From a virus (lineage: Duplodnaviria; Heunggongvirae; Uroviricota; Caudoviricetes), in the IMG/VR virus record IMGVR_UViG_2737471829_000004: DNA of 42,039 nt. The stretch is one strand, 5' to 3'. Both the position numbers and the translations under genes were made by a program. The notes under the pieces were generated by a model that made no database searches, was not told the DNA's origin, and was given only the letters and a program-made list of their open reading frames with translations. Every line of letters starts with the position of its first letter. Position 1 is the first letter of the stretch. This document shows positions 19,990 through 31,773 of the stretch, one piece after another.

Positions 19990-20903
19990 TTGTCACCCCG
20001 GCATCCATTAAAGCCCTGATGACCTCCTGGCGTAAGGATTTTCAGGGCGGTCTTGAAGACGCCCCGTCGCAGTACAGCAAAATTGCAATGGTGGTGAACT
20101 CCTCCTCCCGCAGTAATACCTATGGCTGGCTGGGTAAATTCCCTGCCATGAAAGAATGGGTGGGTAAGCGAACCATTCAGCAAATGGCAGCGCATGGCTA
20201 CTCCATCGCCAATAAAACGTTTGAAGGCACCGTGGGCGTAAGCCGTGATGACTTCGAGGATGACAATCTGGGCATTTATGCGCCGATGTTTCAGGAGATG
20301 GGCCGTTCTGCGGCAGTTCAGCCGGATGAGCTGATTTTTAAACTTCTGAAAGATGGCTTTACCCAGCCGTGCTATGACGGTCAGAACTTCTTCGACAAGG
20401 AGCATCCGGTATATCCGAATGTGGACGGCACGGGCAGCGCGGTTAATACCTCCAACATCGTTGAGCAGGACAGCTTCAGCGGTCTGCCGTTCTATCTGCT
20501 GGACTGCTCCCGCGCAGTCAAACCGCTGATTTTCCAGGAGCGCCGCAAACCGGAACTGGTCGCACGTACCCGTATCGATGACGACCACGTTTTTATGGAT
20601 AACGAGTTCCTGTTTGGTGCCAGCGCCCGCCGTGCTGCCGGTTACGGCTTCTGGCAGATGGCTGTCGCGGTAAAAGGTGATCTGACGCTGGATAACCTCT
20701 GGAAGGGCTGGCAACTGATGCGTGCGTTTGAAGGTGATGGCGGTAAGAAGCTGGGCCTGAAGCCGACACATATCGTTGTACCGGTCGGGCTGGAAAAAGC
20801 CGCAGAGCAACTGCTTAACCGTGAACTGTTCGCGGATGGCAATACCACCGTCTCCAACGAGATGAAGGGCAAGCTGCAACTGGTTGTCGCTGACTACCTG
20901 TAA
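19986..20903 (+). CDS. Major head subunit (Mu T-like)
   Basis: 305 aa, the size of Mu T; followed by a strong terminator. Confidence 0.85.
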   Translation: MIVTPASIKALMTSWRKDFQGGLEDAPSQYSKIAMVVNSSSRSNTYGWLGKFPAMKEWVGKRTIQQMAAHGYSIANKTFEGTVGVSRDDFEDDNLGIYAPMFQEMGRSAAVQPDELIFKLLKDGFTQPCYDGQNFFDKEHPVYPNVDGTGSAVNTSNIVEQDSFSGLPFYLLDCSRAVKPLIFQERRKPELVARTRIDDDHVFMDNEFLFGASARRAAGYGFWQMAVAVKGDLTLDNLWKGWQLMRAFEGDGGKKLGLKPTHIVVPVGLEKAAEQLLNRELFADGNTTVSNEMKGKLQLVVADYL

Positions 20904-20911
20904 CCGTCATT

Positions 20912-20937
20912 AAAAGGCGGTTCAGACCGCCTTTTAA
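20912..20937 (+). terminator. Rho-independent terminator after the major head gene
   Basis: Perfect 10-bp stem aaaaggcggt-tcag-accgcctttt followed by T residues. Confidence 0.65.
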
Positions 20938-20969
20938 CCTGATTTAAAGGAAAAGGAGGAGCATGTGTT

Positions 20970-21380
20970 ATGTCAGGCACTTCGCTTAATTCACAACGGC
21001 TGGACACTTCTCGCATCACTTGCACGGCGATTATTAAATGCCTTCGTCCGGTCTACCGCCGCGCCGGAATCGCCTTTACACGTGGCGAAAACACCGTGGA
21101 AGTCACCGAAGAACAACTGGCGATCATTCGTGCCGACAGCGTGCTGTCTGTGGTATCTGCATCGTCAGCAGAAACGCTCGCTGAGGCTGGGGGGCTGGAC
21201 GTTCTGGGTATGGGCGATCTGAACGCCCGTATCCGTGCGACCGTTGCCGGTCTGGATAAGGCAAACCCGGAACACTTTACCGCAGGGGGGGAACCCAAAG
21301 TGAAAGCCGTCAGTGCGGCGCTGGGGGAACCGGTGAGCAGTGCGCAAATCAAAGCGGCGCTGGCTGAGGCGGATGCATGA
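20970..21380 (+). CDS. Hypothetical head/tail connector-region protein
   Basis: 136 aa with RBS aaggagga 9 nt upstream of the ATG. Confidence 0.5.
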   Translation: MSGTSLNSQRLDTSRITCTAIIKCLRPVYRRAGIAFTRGENTVEVTEEQLAIIRADSVLSVVSASSAETLAEAGGLDVLGMGDLNARIRATVAGLDKANPEHFTAGGEPKVKAVSAALGEPVSSAQIKAALAEADA

Positions 21381-21802
21381 ATTACGCGACGGTAAATGAC
21401 CTGTGCGCCCGCTATACACGTACGCGGCTGGATATTCTCACCCGCCCTAAAACAGCGGACGGGCAGCCGGATGATGCCGTGGCAGAACAGGCACTGGCAG
21501 ATGCTTCGGCCTTTATTGATGGCTATCTCGCCGCGCGCTTTGTTCTGCCGCTTACCGTCGTCCCCTCACTGCTGAAACGGCAGTGTTGCGTGGTGGCCTG
21601 GTTTTATCTGAATGAATCACAACCCACCGAGCAGATCACCGCTGCCTACAGGGACACAGTGCGCTGGCTGGAACAGGTGCGCGATGGCAAAACAGATCCC
21701 GGCGTGGAAAGCAGGACGGCAGCCTCGCCGGATGGTGAAAACCTTGTGCAGGTGCAGTCTGACGCGCCGGTCTTCTCACGAAAACAGAAGGGGTTTATCT
21801 GA
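21377..21802 (+). CDS. Head-tail joining protein (Mu J-like by position)
   Basis: 141-aa ORF, translationally coupled. Confidence 0.5.
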   Translation: MNYATVNDLCARYTRTRLDILTRPKTADGQPDDAVAEQALADASAFIDGYLAARFVLPLTVVPSLLKRQCCVVAWFYLNESQPTEQITAAYRDTVRWLEQVRDGKTDPGVESRTAASPDGENLVQVQSDAPVFSRKQKGFI

Positions 21803-22350
21803 TGCTGGAAGAAACCGAAGCCGCACTGCTGGCGCGCGTTCGTGAGTTGTTTGGGGCAACCCTGCGGCAGGTGGAACCCCTTACCGGCACATGGACTAAC
21901 GAGGATGTGCACCGTCTCTTTCTGGCCCCGCCATCGGTATTTCTGGCATGGATGGGCTGTGGTGAGGGGCGTACGCGTCGGGAAGTTGAAAGTCGCTGGG
22001 CATTTTTTGTCGTGGCGGAGTTGCTGAACGGGGAACCGGTAAACCGGCCCGGTATTTATCAGATTGTGGAGCGACTGATTGCCGGTGTTAACGGTCAGAC
22101 GTTTGGCCCGACCACCGGGATGAGACTGACGCAGGTCAGAAATCTTTGTGACGACAACCGTATCAATGCCGGTGTGGTGCTTTACGGCGTTCTGTTCAGT
22201 GGCACTACCCCGCTGCCGTCCGTGGTGGACATGGATTCGCTGGATGATTACGAGCGTCACTGGCAGACCTGGAAATTCCCGGACGAAACCCCGGAATTTG
22301 CCGCACATATCAATGTGAATCAGGAAAAGGATCATGATGCTGAAAATTAA
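21802..22350 (+). CDS. Tail completion protein (Mu K-like by position)
   Basis: 182-aa ORF, translationally coupled. Confidence 0.5.
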   Translation: MLEETEAALLARVRELFGATLRQVEPLTGTWTNEDVHRLFLAPPSVFLAWMGCGEGRTRREVESRWAFFVVAELLNGEPVNRPGIYQIVERLIAGVNGQTFGPTTGMRLTQVRNLCDDNRINAGVVLYGVLFSGTTPLPSVVDMDSLDDYERHWQTWKFPDETPEFAAHINVNQEKDHDAEN

Positions 22351-22540
22351 ACCCGCAGCGGGAAAAGCCATCCGTGACCCGCTCACGATGAAATTACTGG
22401 CTCCGGAGGGAGAAGAAAAGCCCCGTAACAGTTTCTGGATACGTCGCCTTGCTGCCGGTGATGTGGTTGAAGTCGGGAGCACCGAAAACACGGCGGATGA
22501 TACCGACGCTGCGCCGAAAAAACGGAGTAAATCGAAATGA
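22334..22540 (+). CDS. Small hypothetical protein preceding the sheath gene
   Basis: 68-aa ORF, coupled. Confidence 0.45.
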
Positions 22541-24024
22541 GCGATATTTCATTTAACGCGATCCCGTCAGATGTTCGCGTTCCTCTGACGTATATCGAAT
22601 TTGATAACAGTAATGCCGTCAGCGGAACACCGGCACCCCGTCAGCGCGTGCTGATGTTCGGGCAAAGCGGAAGTAAAGCCAGTGCGGCACCAAACGTGCC
22701 TGTCCGTATCCGTTCCGGCTCACAGGCCAGTGCGGCGTTTGGTCAGGGTTCCATGCTGGCACTGATGGCAGATGCATTCCTGAACGCTAACCGCGTGGCG
22801 GAGCTGTGGTGTATTCCGCAGGGGAACGGCACCGGTAATGCGGCTGTCGGTGAAATTTCACTGTCAGGAACGGCAGGCGAAAACGGCTCGCTTGTGACTT
22901 ACATTGCCGGTCAGCGACTGGCGGTATCTGTCGCAGCAGGTGCAACGGGAGCGGCGCTGGCTGACCTGCTGGTTGCCCGAATCAAAGGCCAGCCTGATTT
23001 ACCGGTGACGGCAGAAGTTCGCGCAGACAGCGGGGATGATGACACCCATGCAGATGTGGTTCTGAGTGCAAAATTTACGGGTGCATTATCTGCCGTGGAC
23101 GTGCGCTGGAACTATTACGCGGGTGAAACGACCCCTTACGGGATTATCACGGCATTCAAAGCCGCCTCCGGGAAAAATGGCAACCCGGATATCAGCGCAA
23201 GTATCGCGGGAATGGGCGATCTGCAATACAAATATATTGTGATGCCCTATACCGATGAACCGAACCTGAATCTGTTACGCACTGAATTGCAGGAACGCTG
23301 GGGACCGGTCAATCAGGCTGATGGCTTTGCTGTGACAGTGCTGTCCGGCACGTATGGGGACATTTCCACGTTTGGTGTCAGCCGTAATGACCATCTGATT
23401 TCCTGTATGGGGATTGCCGGTGCACCGGAACCGTCATATCTGTACGCCGCCACACTGTGTGCCGTTGCCAGCCAGGCGCTTTCCATCGACCCGGCGCGTC
23501 CACTCCAGACGCTGACGTTGCCCGGAAGAATGCCGCCTGCGGTGGGGGATCGTTTCACCTGGTCAGAACGTAATGCGCTGCTGTTTGACGGCATCTCCAC
23601 GTTTAACGTGAATGATGGTGGTGAAATGCAGATTGAACGCATGATCACGATGTACCGCACAAACAAGTACGGTGACAGCGATCCGTCTTATCTGAACGTG
23701 AATACCATCGCCACGCTGAGTTATCTGCGTTATTCGCTGCGAACCCGCATCACGCAGAAATTCCCGAACTACAAGCTGGCAAGTGATGGCACCCGCTTTG
23801 CCACCGGTCAGGCCGTGGTGACGCCATCCGTGATCAAAACGGAGCTGCTGGCACTGTTTGAAGAATGGGAAAACGCCGGACTGGTCGAGGATTTCGACAC
23901 GTTCAAAGAGGAGCTGTATGTGGCACGTAACAAGGACGACAAAGACCGTCTTGATGTGCTGTGCGGCCCGAATCTGATTAACCAGTTCCGCATTTTCGCG
24001 GCACAAGTTCAGTTCATTCTGTAA
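22537..24024 (+). CDS. Contractile tail sheath protein (Mu L-like)
   Basis: 495 aa, followed directly by a tube-sized gene. Confidence 0.85.
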
Positions 24025-24033
24025 GGAGCATTT

Positions 24034-24390
24034 ATGGCTGGAAATCAGCGTCAGGGGGTGGCGTTCATCCGTGTCAATGGCATGGAGCTTGAAACGATGG
24101 AAGGTGCCTCCTTCACACCTTCCGGCATCACCCGTGAAGAAGTGACCGGCTCGCGGGTTTATGGCTGGAAAGGTAAACCACGTGCCGCAAAGCTGGAATG
24201 CAAAATTCCGGGCGGTGGTGATATCGGTCTGGATGAAATCATCGGCTGGGAAAACATCACGGCAGAGTTTCAGGCAGACACCGGTGAAACCTGGATGATG
24301 GCGAATGCCTGGCAGGCAGATGAACCGAAAAACGACGGCGGCGAAATTTCGCTGGTACTGATGGCAAAACAAAGCAAACGCATTGCATAA
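24034..24390 (+). CDS. Tail tube protein (Mu M-like)
   Basis: 118 aa after the sheath gene with RBS aggag. Confidence 0.8.
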   Translation: MAGNQRQGVAFIRVNGMELETMEGASFTPSGITREEVTGSRVYGWKGKPRAAKLECKIPGGGDIGLDEIIGWENITAEFQADTGETWMMANAWQADEPKNDGGEISLVLMAKQSKRIA

Positions 24391-24399
24391 GGGGAAACA

Positions 24400-24834
24400 A
24401 TGGACGAAATGAATTTAGGTCCTGAAGCACAGGAACTGCATGACAGCATTGTGGCAGAAATTCAGTCCGGAGTGCTGAAACTGAAAGACGGCCTGCCGTT
24501 CGGCACCGGTGACGAGACTGAAATGCAGTATGACGTGACACTGCGTGAACTGACCGCAGGCGATATGATTGATGCACAGGCGGCTGCTGAAAAGCTTGTA
24601 ATGAGCAAGGAAGGTCCGGTGCTGGTCAGTTCCCCGTCCCGGATGGGACTGGAAATGCTGCGCCGACAGATTGCCAGCGTGGGCTGCATCAAAGGCCCGT
24701 TGTCGATGGCGCTGATTCGTAAGCTGTCTGTCGATGACTTCCAGCGTCTGTCGCTGGCCACAGAAATGTACGACATGGCTGTGGCGGCATCGCTGACACA
24801 AGAACGGGGGCGAGTGGCTGCGGTGCCGGAATGA
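24400..24834 (+). CDS. Tail assembly chaperone-like protein
   Basis: 144 aa between tube and tape measure genes. Confidence 0.55.
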   Translation: MDEMNLGPEAQELHDSIVAEIQSGVLKLKDGLPFGTGDETEMQYDVTLRELTAGDMIDAQAAAEKLVMSKEGPVLVSSPSRMGLEMLRRQIASVGCIKGPLSMALIRKLSVDDFQRLSLATEMYDMAVAASLTQERGRVAAVPE

Positions 24835-24978
24835 TATTGAGAAAGCGGCGACAGCGATTGGCGTTATTCTGAAAAGTGGCCCGGAATGGGCCTTATCCCT
24901 TCCGCTGTCCCGCTTTTTCCGGCACTGCCAGCAGGCTAAAACCCTCTCTCAATATCACCGTTAAATCAGGAAATCTCT

Positions 24979-27051
24979 ATGACCGGGAAACGCTTAAAGG
25001 CGTCTGTCATTATTGATCTTAATGGCAATCTTTCCCGGCGTTCCCGCCAGTATTCGAACCAGATAAACGCCCTGTCCCGTAGCGGGCAAAGTTCCCTGCG
25101 TGCCCTACGTATGGAGGTTGTGCGCGTTTCTGGTGCCATTGACAGAATGGGTTCACTGTCAACCCGTACATTCCGAATGCTGTCAGCCGGGGCGCTGGGT
25201 ATTGCTGGCGTGGGTTACACCGCCAATAAACTGTTTATTGGTGCAGCCGCCCAGCGTGAGCAACAGATTATCGCCATGAACTCGCTGTATCACGGCGATA
25301 AGGTCAGAGCGCAGGCCATGATGGCCTGGGCAAAGCAGAACGCGAAGGACACCACGTGGGGGCTGAGTGGTGTTCTGGATGAGATCCGTTCGTCGAAAGG
25401 CTTCGGCATGACGGATGAACAGACGAAACAGTTCATCACCATGTTGCAGGATCAGGGGGCCATGCACGGCTGGGATTTACCCACTGCACAGGGTGCCTCA
25501 CTGCAACTGAAACAGATGTTTGCCCGCCAGCAAATCACGGCGGCGGATGCCAACCTGCTGACCGGTTACGGTATCAACGTTTATCAGGCGCTGGCGGATG
25601 CAACGGGAACGGACGTTAAAAAAATCCGTGATCTGGGTACAAAGGGCAAGCTGGGCATGAAATCCATTCTGACGGTATTCAGAACGCTGTCAGAACAGTC
25701 AAAAGGTGCACAGGCCAGTGCGATGAACTCCTGGGACGGGATGTTCGCCCAGATGGAAGCTAACCTGCTTGAATTTCGCATAAAGGTGGCAAACAGCGGC
25801 CCCTTTGAAGAAATCAAGAACGAGATGCGCCGGGTGCTTAACTGGCACGACATGGCGGATAAATCCGGGGAACTTGACGCACTGGCAGAAAACATTGGTC
25901 AGAAATTTCTGACCACGTTCAGAACGGTAAAAATCGCGGCGCAGGAATTATGGCGCTGGCTGAAACCGGGTAAAGATGCGCTGGCATGGGTTGACCAGAA
26001 TATTGTCAGCCTGAAAAAACTGGCTGCTGTTCTGGTGTCTGTCTGGCTTGCCAATAAAGCCCTGAGAGCAGGCTGGGCTGTGGCAAAACCCTCATGGCAG
26101 GTTGCCAGTTATCCGTTTAAAACCGGGCGTCGTATGTGGCGCTGGATGCGAAACCGCAAACGTGGGCAGGCAGGTCTGCCGGTCCCGGATGCCATGACGT
26201 CTGAGACGCTGTTGCAGGGTATCGGCATTCAGCGTGTGTTTGTCATCAACTGGCCCCGTGGATTTGGTGGCTACGGGAGTGGCGGCGGTCGTCGCGGACG
26301 GAGCGGCGGAAGAATGGCCCCGCTGTTACCCCGCCAGCCGTTATTGCTGTCCGGGCCACAGCCGCTGGCATTACCTGCACCACGCCCTGTACTGGCATTA
26401 CCCCCACCCGGCGTACCGGTAACAGCACGGCCTGCACCATTACCTTTACCCGGTAAATCCGGTCTTCTGAGCAGGCTTGCAGGCAGTGCTGCCGGGCAAC
26501 TGGTTACGGGAACGGTCGGAAAGCTGGCTGATGCCGGGCGTGCTGTTGGCGGATGGTTTTCCGGTATCGGAAACAAACTTGCAGGCAGTGCGATCGGTCG
26601 GGTTGTGACAAAAGGTGCCGGGGCGCTGGGCTGGATGGGGAAAGGTGCCGGTCGTGCGTTGTCACGTCTGGGTGGCCCGGTAATGGGGGCACTCCAGCTT
26701 GCCCCCGTCCTGATGGATGAGCAGGCGTCAACCCATGAAAAAGCAGGCGCAATTGGCAGTACAGCCGGTGCATGGCTCGGCGGTGCCGTTGGCAGCCTTG
26801 CCGGACCGCTGGGTACGGTTGCCGGTGCCACGCTGGGCAGTGTCGCCGGGGAGTATCTGGGCGGTTTTGTAACCGACCTGTATCAGAAATGGACGGCCCC
26901 GGATAAGGAACCGCAGGAACAAAAAGTGAATGCGGAAGCCTCGCTGCGCGTCGAACTTGGCGAGGGGTTACGTCTGACCAGTTCCCGCGTCACCGAGGAC
27001 GGTATGGGGCTGAATATTTACGCGGGCGATAACTACATTACAGGCTGGTAA
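24979..27051 (+). CDS. Tail tape measure protein
   Basis: 690 aa; coiled-coil N-terminal half and Gly/Ala/Pro-rich low-complexity middle; position between chaperone and baseplate genes. Confidence 0.8.
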   Translation: MTGKRLKASVIIDLNGNLSRRSRQYSNQINALSRSGQSSLRALRMEVVRVSGAIDRMGSLSTRTFRMLSAGALGIAGVGYTANKLFIGAAAQREQQIIAMNSLYHGDKVRAQAMMAWAKQNAKDTTWGLSGVLDEIRSSKGFGMTDEQTKQFITMLQDQGAMHGWDLPTAQGASLQLKQMFARQQITAADANLLTGYGINVYQALADATGTDVKKIRDLGTKGKLGMKSILTVFRTLSEQSKGAQASAMNSWDGMFAQMEANLLEFRIKVANSGPFEEIKNEMRRVLNWHDMADKSGELDALAENIGQKFLTTFRTVKIAAQELWRWLKPGKDALAWVDQNIVSLKKLAAVLVSVWLANKALRAGWAVAKPSWQVASYPFKTGRRMWRWMRNRKRGQAGLPVPDAMTSETLLQGIGIQRVFVINWPRGFGGYGSGGGRRGRSGGRMAPLLPRQPLLLSGPQPLALPAPRPVLALPPPGVPVTARPAPLPLPGKSGLLSRLAGSAAGQLVTGTVGKLADAGRAVGGWFSGIGNKLAGSAIGRVVTKGAGALGWMGKGAGRALSRLGGPVMGALQLAPVLMDEQASTHEKAGAIGSTAGAWLGGAVGSLAGPLGTVAGATLGSVAGEYLGGFVTDLYQKWTAPDKEPQEQKVNAEASLRVELGEGLRLTSSRVTEDGMGLNIYAGDNYITGW

Positions 27052-27055
27052 AACC

Positions 27056-28543
27056 ATGTTTGAAGATGCTTTAAATGCCGTTAATGCTGTCCGGGATAAA
27101 ATCAGCGGTGGTAAGAAAACAACCGGCAAAGGCACGTTTCGTAACGTGCCGTTTCTCGTCATCGAGGAGCAAAAACAGGCTGGCGGACGTCGCCTGGTTA
27201 AACGCGAGTACCCGTTACGTGATACCGGCGGCGTCAATGACCTGGGGAAAAAGCTTCGCTCCCGTACATTCAGCGCCTGCATTCTGAACAGCAACGCAGA
27301 AACAGCCAGAGATGAAGCGGGTGCGCTGATGGATGCTCTTGATGCTCCGGGTAGCGGTGAGCTGGTACATCCTGATTTCGGCACTGTGGACGTCATGGTG
27401 GATTCATGGGAATGCCGCACTAAAGCGGATGAACTGAATTATTACGCGTTCACCGTTACCGTTTATCCGTCGTTGCAGGATACTGCCCCGGACGCAGAGA
27501 CAGACACCAGTGCAGCCGTACCGGCACAGGCCGTTGCTGTAACCGGTTCTCTGGGAGATACGCTATCCTCTGTCTGGCAGACCGTAAAAGATGGCACTGC
27601 GGCGGCAACCGCCGTGATGGAAGCTGTAACCGGTGTCATCGATGATATCAGTGATGCGGTGGACAATCTGGGGGTTACGCAGACTGTCAGCGGTCTGATG
27701 GGATCGCTTTCTGCGATGAAAGGCTCTGTGACCAGCCTGATTAACCAGCCTGCCATGCTGGCCTCCTCGCTGATGGGGGCGCTGTCCGGCGTTTCATCGT
27801 TATGCGATACCCGGACAGCATTTTCCACATGGAACCGTCTGGCGCAGCGATTCGAACGTCGCCATGCCGCCACCGCAGGCAGACAGGGGGCAATCACAAC
27901 CTCGTACAACAGTCCGGTTGCAGAAAAAAATATTGCCACACTGAACTACGTCATGCTGGCAGCAGCACAGACATACCGAGCGGAGGCAGCAAGCCAGGCA
28001 CTGACTGCGGCACTGGATTTCAGTCGCCGGATGGATAATGCCGCCCGTGCACCTGTACTGGATGCCCCGTCCACCACAACCGGCACAGCCAGCGGGGCCA
28101 GCAGCACATCCGCTACCGTCACACAGGGACAGTTACAGTTAACTGCCATAACCCCGGACGGCGGCTTTTCACAGGTATCCTTTTCAGACAGTGGTACAGC
28201 CACGCCCCCGGTATTTGAAAGTGTGTCCGATATCGGAAAAACAGCCGCCATGCTGGGGGCTGCACTGGATACCGTCATTCTGACGGCATCTGAGCAGGGC
28301 TTTTCGACAGACAGCGTTCAGCTTACGCAACTGCGTCTGCTGGTTGTTGCCGACCTGGAAAAACGCGGGCTGCAACTGGCGGGCAGTGAAACGCACCGCC
28401 TGCCGGAGACGATGCCTGCAATGGTGGCCCTGTACCGTTACACAGGAAACAGCCGGAACTGGCAACGGCTGGCCCGCAGGAACGGTATCAGCAACCCGTT
28501 GTTTGTTCCCGGTGGTGTCAGTATTGAGGTGATTAATGAGTAA
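27056..28543 (+). CDS. DNA circularisation protein (Mu N-like)
   Basis: 495 aa, position after the tape measure matching the Mu order. Confidence 0.7.
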   Translation: MFEDALNAVNAVRDKISGGKKTTGKGTFRNVPFLVIEEQKQAGGRRLVKREYPLRDTGGVNDLGKKLRSRTFSACILNSNAETARDEAGALMDALDAPGSGELVHPDFGTVDVMVDSWECRTKADELNYYAFTVTVYPSLQDTAPDAETDTSAAVPAQAVAVTGSLGDTLSSVWQTVKDGTAAATAVMEAVTGVIDDISDAVDNLGVTQTVSGLMGSLSAMKGSVTSLINQPAMLASSLMGALSGVSSLCDTRTAFSTWNRLAQRFERRHAATAGRQGAITTSYNSPVAEKNIATLNYVMLAAAQTYRAEAASQALTAALDFSRRMDNAARAPVLDAPSTTTGTASGASSTSATVTQGQLQLTAITPDGGFSQVSFSDSGTATPPVFESVSDIGKTAAMLGAALDTVILTASEQGFSTDSVQLTQLRLLVVADLEKRGLQLAGSETHRLPETMPAMVALYRYTGNSRNWQRLARRNGISNPLFVPGGVSIEVINE

Positions 28544-29675
28544 TACCGTCACGCTGCGAACGGATGGCAGGCTTTTTACCGGCTGGACGTCAGTCTCTGT
28601 CACCCGCTCGATTGAATCCGTAGCCGGATATTTTGAGCTGGGGGTGAACGTGCCACCGGATACGGATTTATCCGGGCTGGCACCGGGGAAGGCGTTCACG
28701 CTGGAAATCGACGGGCAGATTGTCTGCACCGGTTATATCGATTCACGGCGACGCCAGATGACTGCTGACAGTATGAAAATCACTGTCGCCGGACGTGACA
28801 AAACGGCTGACCTGATTGACTGTGCTGCCGTTTACAGTGGCGGACAGTGGAAAAACCGCACACTGGAGCAGATTGCGCGTGACCTGTGCGCCCCTTATGG
28901 CGTTACCGTTCGCTGGGAGCTTTCCGATAAGGAAAGTTCGGCAGTTTTTCCCGGCTTCACGCTGGACCATTCAGAAACCGTTTATGAGGCGCTGGTGCGT
29001 GCCTCCCGCGCACGCGGTGTACTGATGACCAGCAATGCCGCCGGAGAGCTGGTATTCAGCCGGGCTGCCAGCACAGCTACTGATGAGCTGGTTCTCGGAG
29101 AAAATCTGCTGACACTGGATTTTGAGGAAGACTTCCGCGACCGGTTCAGCGAATACACCGTCAAGGGGTATGCCCGCGCAAACGGTGCTGAGGGTGATGA
29201 TATTGATGCGAAAAGTATCGTCTCCCGGAAAGGGACCGCCACTGACAGTGATGTAACCCGTTACAGACCGATGATCATCATTGCTGACAGCAAAATTACG
29301 GCGAAGGATGCACAGGCCCGCGCCCTGCGTGAGCAACGCCGCAGACTGGCAAAATCCATCACCTTTGAGGCTGAAATTGACGGATGGACTCGCAAGGACG
29401 GGCAACTCTGGATGCCGAACCTGCTGGTCACTATTGATGCCTCGAAATATGCCATCAAAACCACGGAATTACTGGTCAGCAAAGTCACCCTGATACTGAA
29501 TGACCAGGACGGGCTGAAAACCCGCGTCAGCCTTGCACCACGCGAAGGCTTTCTGGTGCCGGTTGAAAGCGACCGTAAAAACAGGAAAGGCGGCGACAGT
29601 AACGGCGGTATTGATGCGCTGGTTGAAGATTATTATCGCAGACACCCGGAGAAAACGCCGCCGTGGAAAGAGTAA
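28536..29675 (+). CDS. Baseplate hub protein (Mu P-like)
   Basis: 379 aa, tail-late operon order. Confidence 0.7.
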   Translation: MSNTVTLRTDGRLFTGWTSVSVTRSIESVAGYFELGVNVPPDTDLSGLAPGKAFTLEIDGQIVCTGYIDSRRRQMTADSMKITVAGRDKTADLIDCAAVYSGGQWKNRTLEQIARDLCAPYGVTVRWELSDKESSAVFPGFTLDHSETVYEALVRASRARGVLMTSNAAGELVFSRAASTATDELVLGENLLTLDFEEDFRDRFSEYTVKGYARANGAEGDDIDAKSIVSRKGTATDSDVTRYRPMIIIADSKITAKDAQARALREQRRRLAKSITFEAEIDGWTRKDGQLWMPNLLVTIDASKYAIKTTELLVSKVTLILNDQDGLKTRVSLAPREGFLVPVESDRKNRKGGDSNGGIDALVEDYYRRHPEKTPPWKE

Positions 29676-30256
29676 ATGATTCCGCCCTGAACCGCCTGCT
29701 GACGCCGCTGATGCGTCGTGTGCGCCTGATGCTTGCGCGCGCTGTTGTTAACGTGATTAACGACGGGCGAAAGGTTCAGAACCTGCAGGTCGGCCTGCTG
29801 GATGATGAGGAATCTGATGAAGTGGAGCGCCTGCAAAATTACGGGCATTTCAGCGTTCCCCTGCCGGGAGCAGAGGCGCTGATTGCCTGTGTAGGCGCAC
29901 AACGTGATCAGGGGATTGCCGTTGTGGTGGAAGACCGCCGCTACCGCCCGACAAATCTTGAACCGGGTGATGCAGGCATTTACCACCACGAGGGGCATCG
30001 TATCAGGCTGACAAAGGACGGACGCTGCATCATTACCTGTAAAACGGTTGAGGTTTACGCTGATGAAAGTATGACCGTTGACACACCCAGAACCACGTTT
30101 ACCGGCGACGTTGAGATCCAGAAAGGTCTGGGCGTTAAAGGTAAAAGCCAGTTCGACAGCAATATTACTGCCCCGGATGCCATCATCAATGGCAAATCGA
30201 CGGATAAGCATATCCACCGTGGCGACAGCGGCGGAACCACGGGGCCAATGCAATGA
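29663..30256 (+). CDS. Baseplate central spike protein (Mu Q-like)
   Basis: 197 aa, position. Confidence 0.65.
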   Translation: MERVNDSALNRLLTPLMRRVRLMLARAVVNVINDGRKVQNLQVGLLDDEESDEVERLQNYGHFSVPLPGAEALIACVGAQRDQGIAVVVEDRRYRPTNLEPGDAGIYHHEGHRIRLTKDGRCIITCKTVEVYADESMTVDTPRTTFTGDVEIQKGLGVKGKSQFDSNITAPDAIINGKSTDKHIHRGDSGGTTGPMQ

Positions 30257-30690
30257 CCGATTTAGCCATTATCTGGACGAACGGACGCGGCGATATTGCA
30301 CAGGATGGCATTGATATGCTGACCGACGACAGCCTGACAACCGATGTGACAATCTCCCTGTTTACAGACCGGCGCGCGCTGGATTCTGACACGCTGCCGG
30401 ATGGTTCAGATGATCGCCGTGGATGGTGGGGTGACAGTTACCGCGACCGCCCCATCGGTTCGCGGTTGTGGCTGTTATCACGTGAAAAAGCCACACCGGA
30501 TACGCTGGAACGCGCCAGAGGGTATGCCGAAGAGGCGCTGGAATGGCTGAAAACAGCGGGCCGGGTAAGTGCGATTAACGTCAGAGCGGAACAGTTACAT
30601 CAGGGCTGGTTATACCTCTACATTGCACTGACATTACCGGATGGTTCCGTTATTCCTTATGAGTTTAAAGCAGCATTTAACGGGGTTTAA
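30253..30690 (+). CDS. Baseplate protein (Mu V-like, gp25-type)
   Basis: 145 aa, position. Confidence 0.65.
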   Translation: MTDLAIIWTNGRGDIAQDGIDMLTDDSLTTDVTISLFTDRRALDSDTLPDGSDDRRGWWGDSYRDRPIGSRLWLLSREKATPDTLERARGYAEEALEWLKTAGRVSAINVRAEQLHQGWLYLYIALTLPDGSVIPYEFKAAFNGV

Positions 30691-31773
30691 ATGGCTTATT
30701 CACCACCGACATTATCATCGCTGATTGCCCGTACAGAACAGAATATTGAACAGCGCCTGCCGGGTAGCTGGCCTCAGGCCCGTGAAAAAACGCTGAGTGC
30801 CATTGCTTATGCTCAGGCGGGCCTTGCTGCCGGTTGTCACGAGCATATTTCATGGGTTGGACGGCAGATTATCCCGTCGACAGCAGATGAAGATGAGTTG
30901 CTGGAGCACTGCCGGTTCTGGGGCGTGCGCCGCAAACAGGCGACAGCCGCCAGCGGCCCGCTGACTGTCACCACATCGGCAGCGACCACCATTCCTGCCG
31001 GTACACGCTGGCAGCGTGCTGATGGTGTGGTTTACAGCCTGGCTGATGCCATTGTGATTGACCGTGCAGGAACGACGGAAATTACCGTTACCGCACTGGC
31101 TGCCGGTGAAGCAGGAAATACCGGTGAGAATACCCTTTTAACGTTGATCACCCCGGTTGCCTGTGTTGTTTCCGATGCCATCACTGTAAAAGGGTTTTCC
31201 GGTGGGGCTGATATTGAGAGTGCAGCGGAGCTGCTGTCACGGCTGGAATATCGTGTCCAGTATCCTCCGTTCGGCGGTAATCAGTTTGATTACGTCCGCT
31301 GGGCACGTGAAGTCAGCGGCGTTACCCGTGCCTGGTGTTTTCCGACATGGAAAGGCGGTGGCACAGTCGGGGTGACGTTTGTTATGGATAACCGGAGCAA
31401 TATTTTTCCACAACCGGCAGACGTGGAACGCGTGGCAGATTATATCGCCGGTCATACTGACCCGATCACCGGTCTGATTGTCGGACAGCCTGACGGTGTA
31501 AATGTCACTGTATTTGCGCCAAAGGCAAAGCCGGTAAATCCACGGATTTATATATCACCGAAGACAGCCGAACTGAAACAGGCTATTACCCACGCCATTA
31601 ATACCATGTTTTTTAATGAGGTGACGCCGGGCGGCGCACTTGCCCCCTCCCGTATTATCCGTGCGGTGGCAGGTGTTACCGGTCTGGATGATTTTGAAGT
31701 GCGTTTCCCGACAGAGATCCAGCGTTCGGAGAATACGGAACTGTTAACACCGGGGACAATTGAATGGCTGTAA
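30691..31773 (+). CDS. Baseplate wedge protein (Mu W-like, J-type)
   Basis: 360 aa, position. Confidence 0.7.
   Translation: MAYSPPTLSSLIARTEQNIEQRLPGSWPQAREKTLSAIAYAQAGLAAGCHEHISWVGRQIIPSTADEDELLEHCRFWGVRRKQATAASGPLTVTTSAATTIPAGTRWQRADGVVYSLADAIVIDRAGTTEITVTALAAGEAGNTGENTLLTLITPVACVVSDAITVKGFSGGADIESAAELLSRLEYRVQYPPFGGNQFDYVRWAREVSGVTRAWCFPTWKGGGTVGVTFVMDNRSNIFPQPADVERVADYIAGHTDPITGLIVGQPDGVNVTVFAPKAKPVNPRIYISPKTAELKQAITHAINTMFFNEVTPGGALAPSRIIRAVAGVTGLDDFEVRFPTEIQRSENTELLTPGTIEWL

Noticed and set aside
26230-26900. Possible CRISPR-like or tandem DNA repeat array
   Set aside because: The repetition is at the amino-acid composition level only; there are no regularly spaced identical direct repeats with unique spacers anywhere in the window.
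25183-26922. Several minus-strand and alternate-frame ORFs inside the tape measure gene, including a 186-aa Pro-rich one
   Set aside because: Shadow ORFs of the Gly/Ala/Pro-rich tape measure coding sequence.
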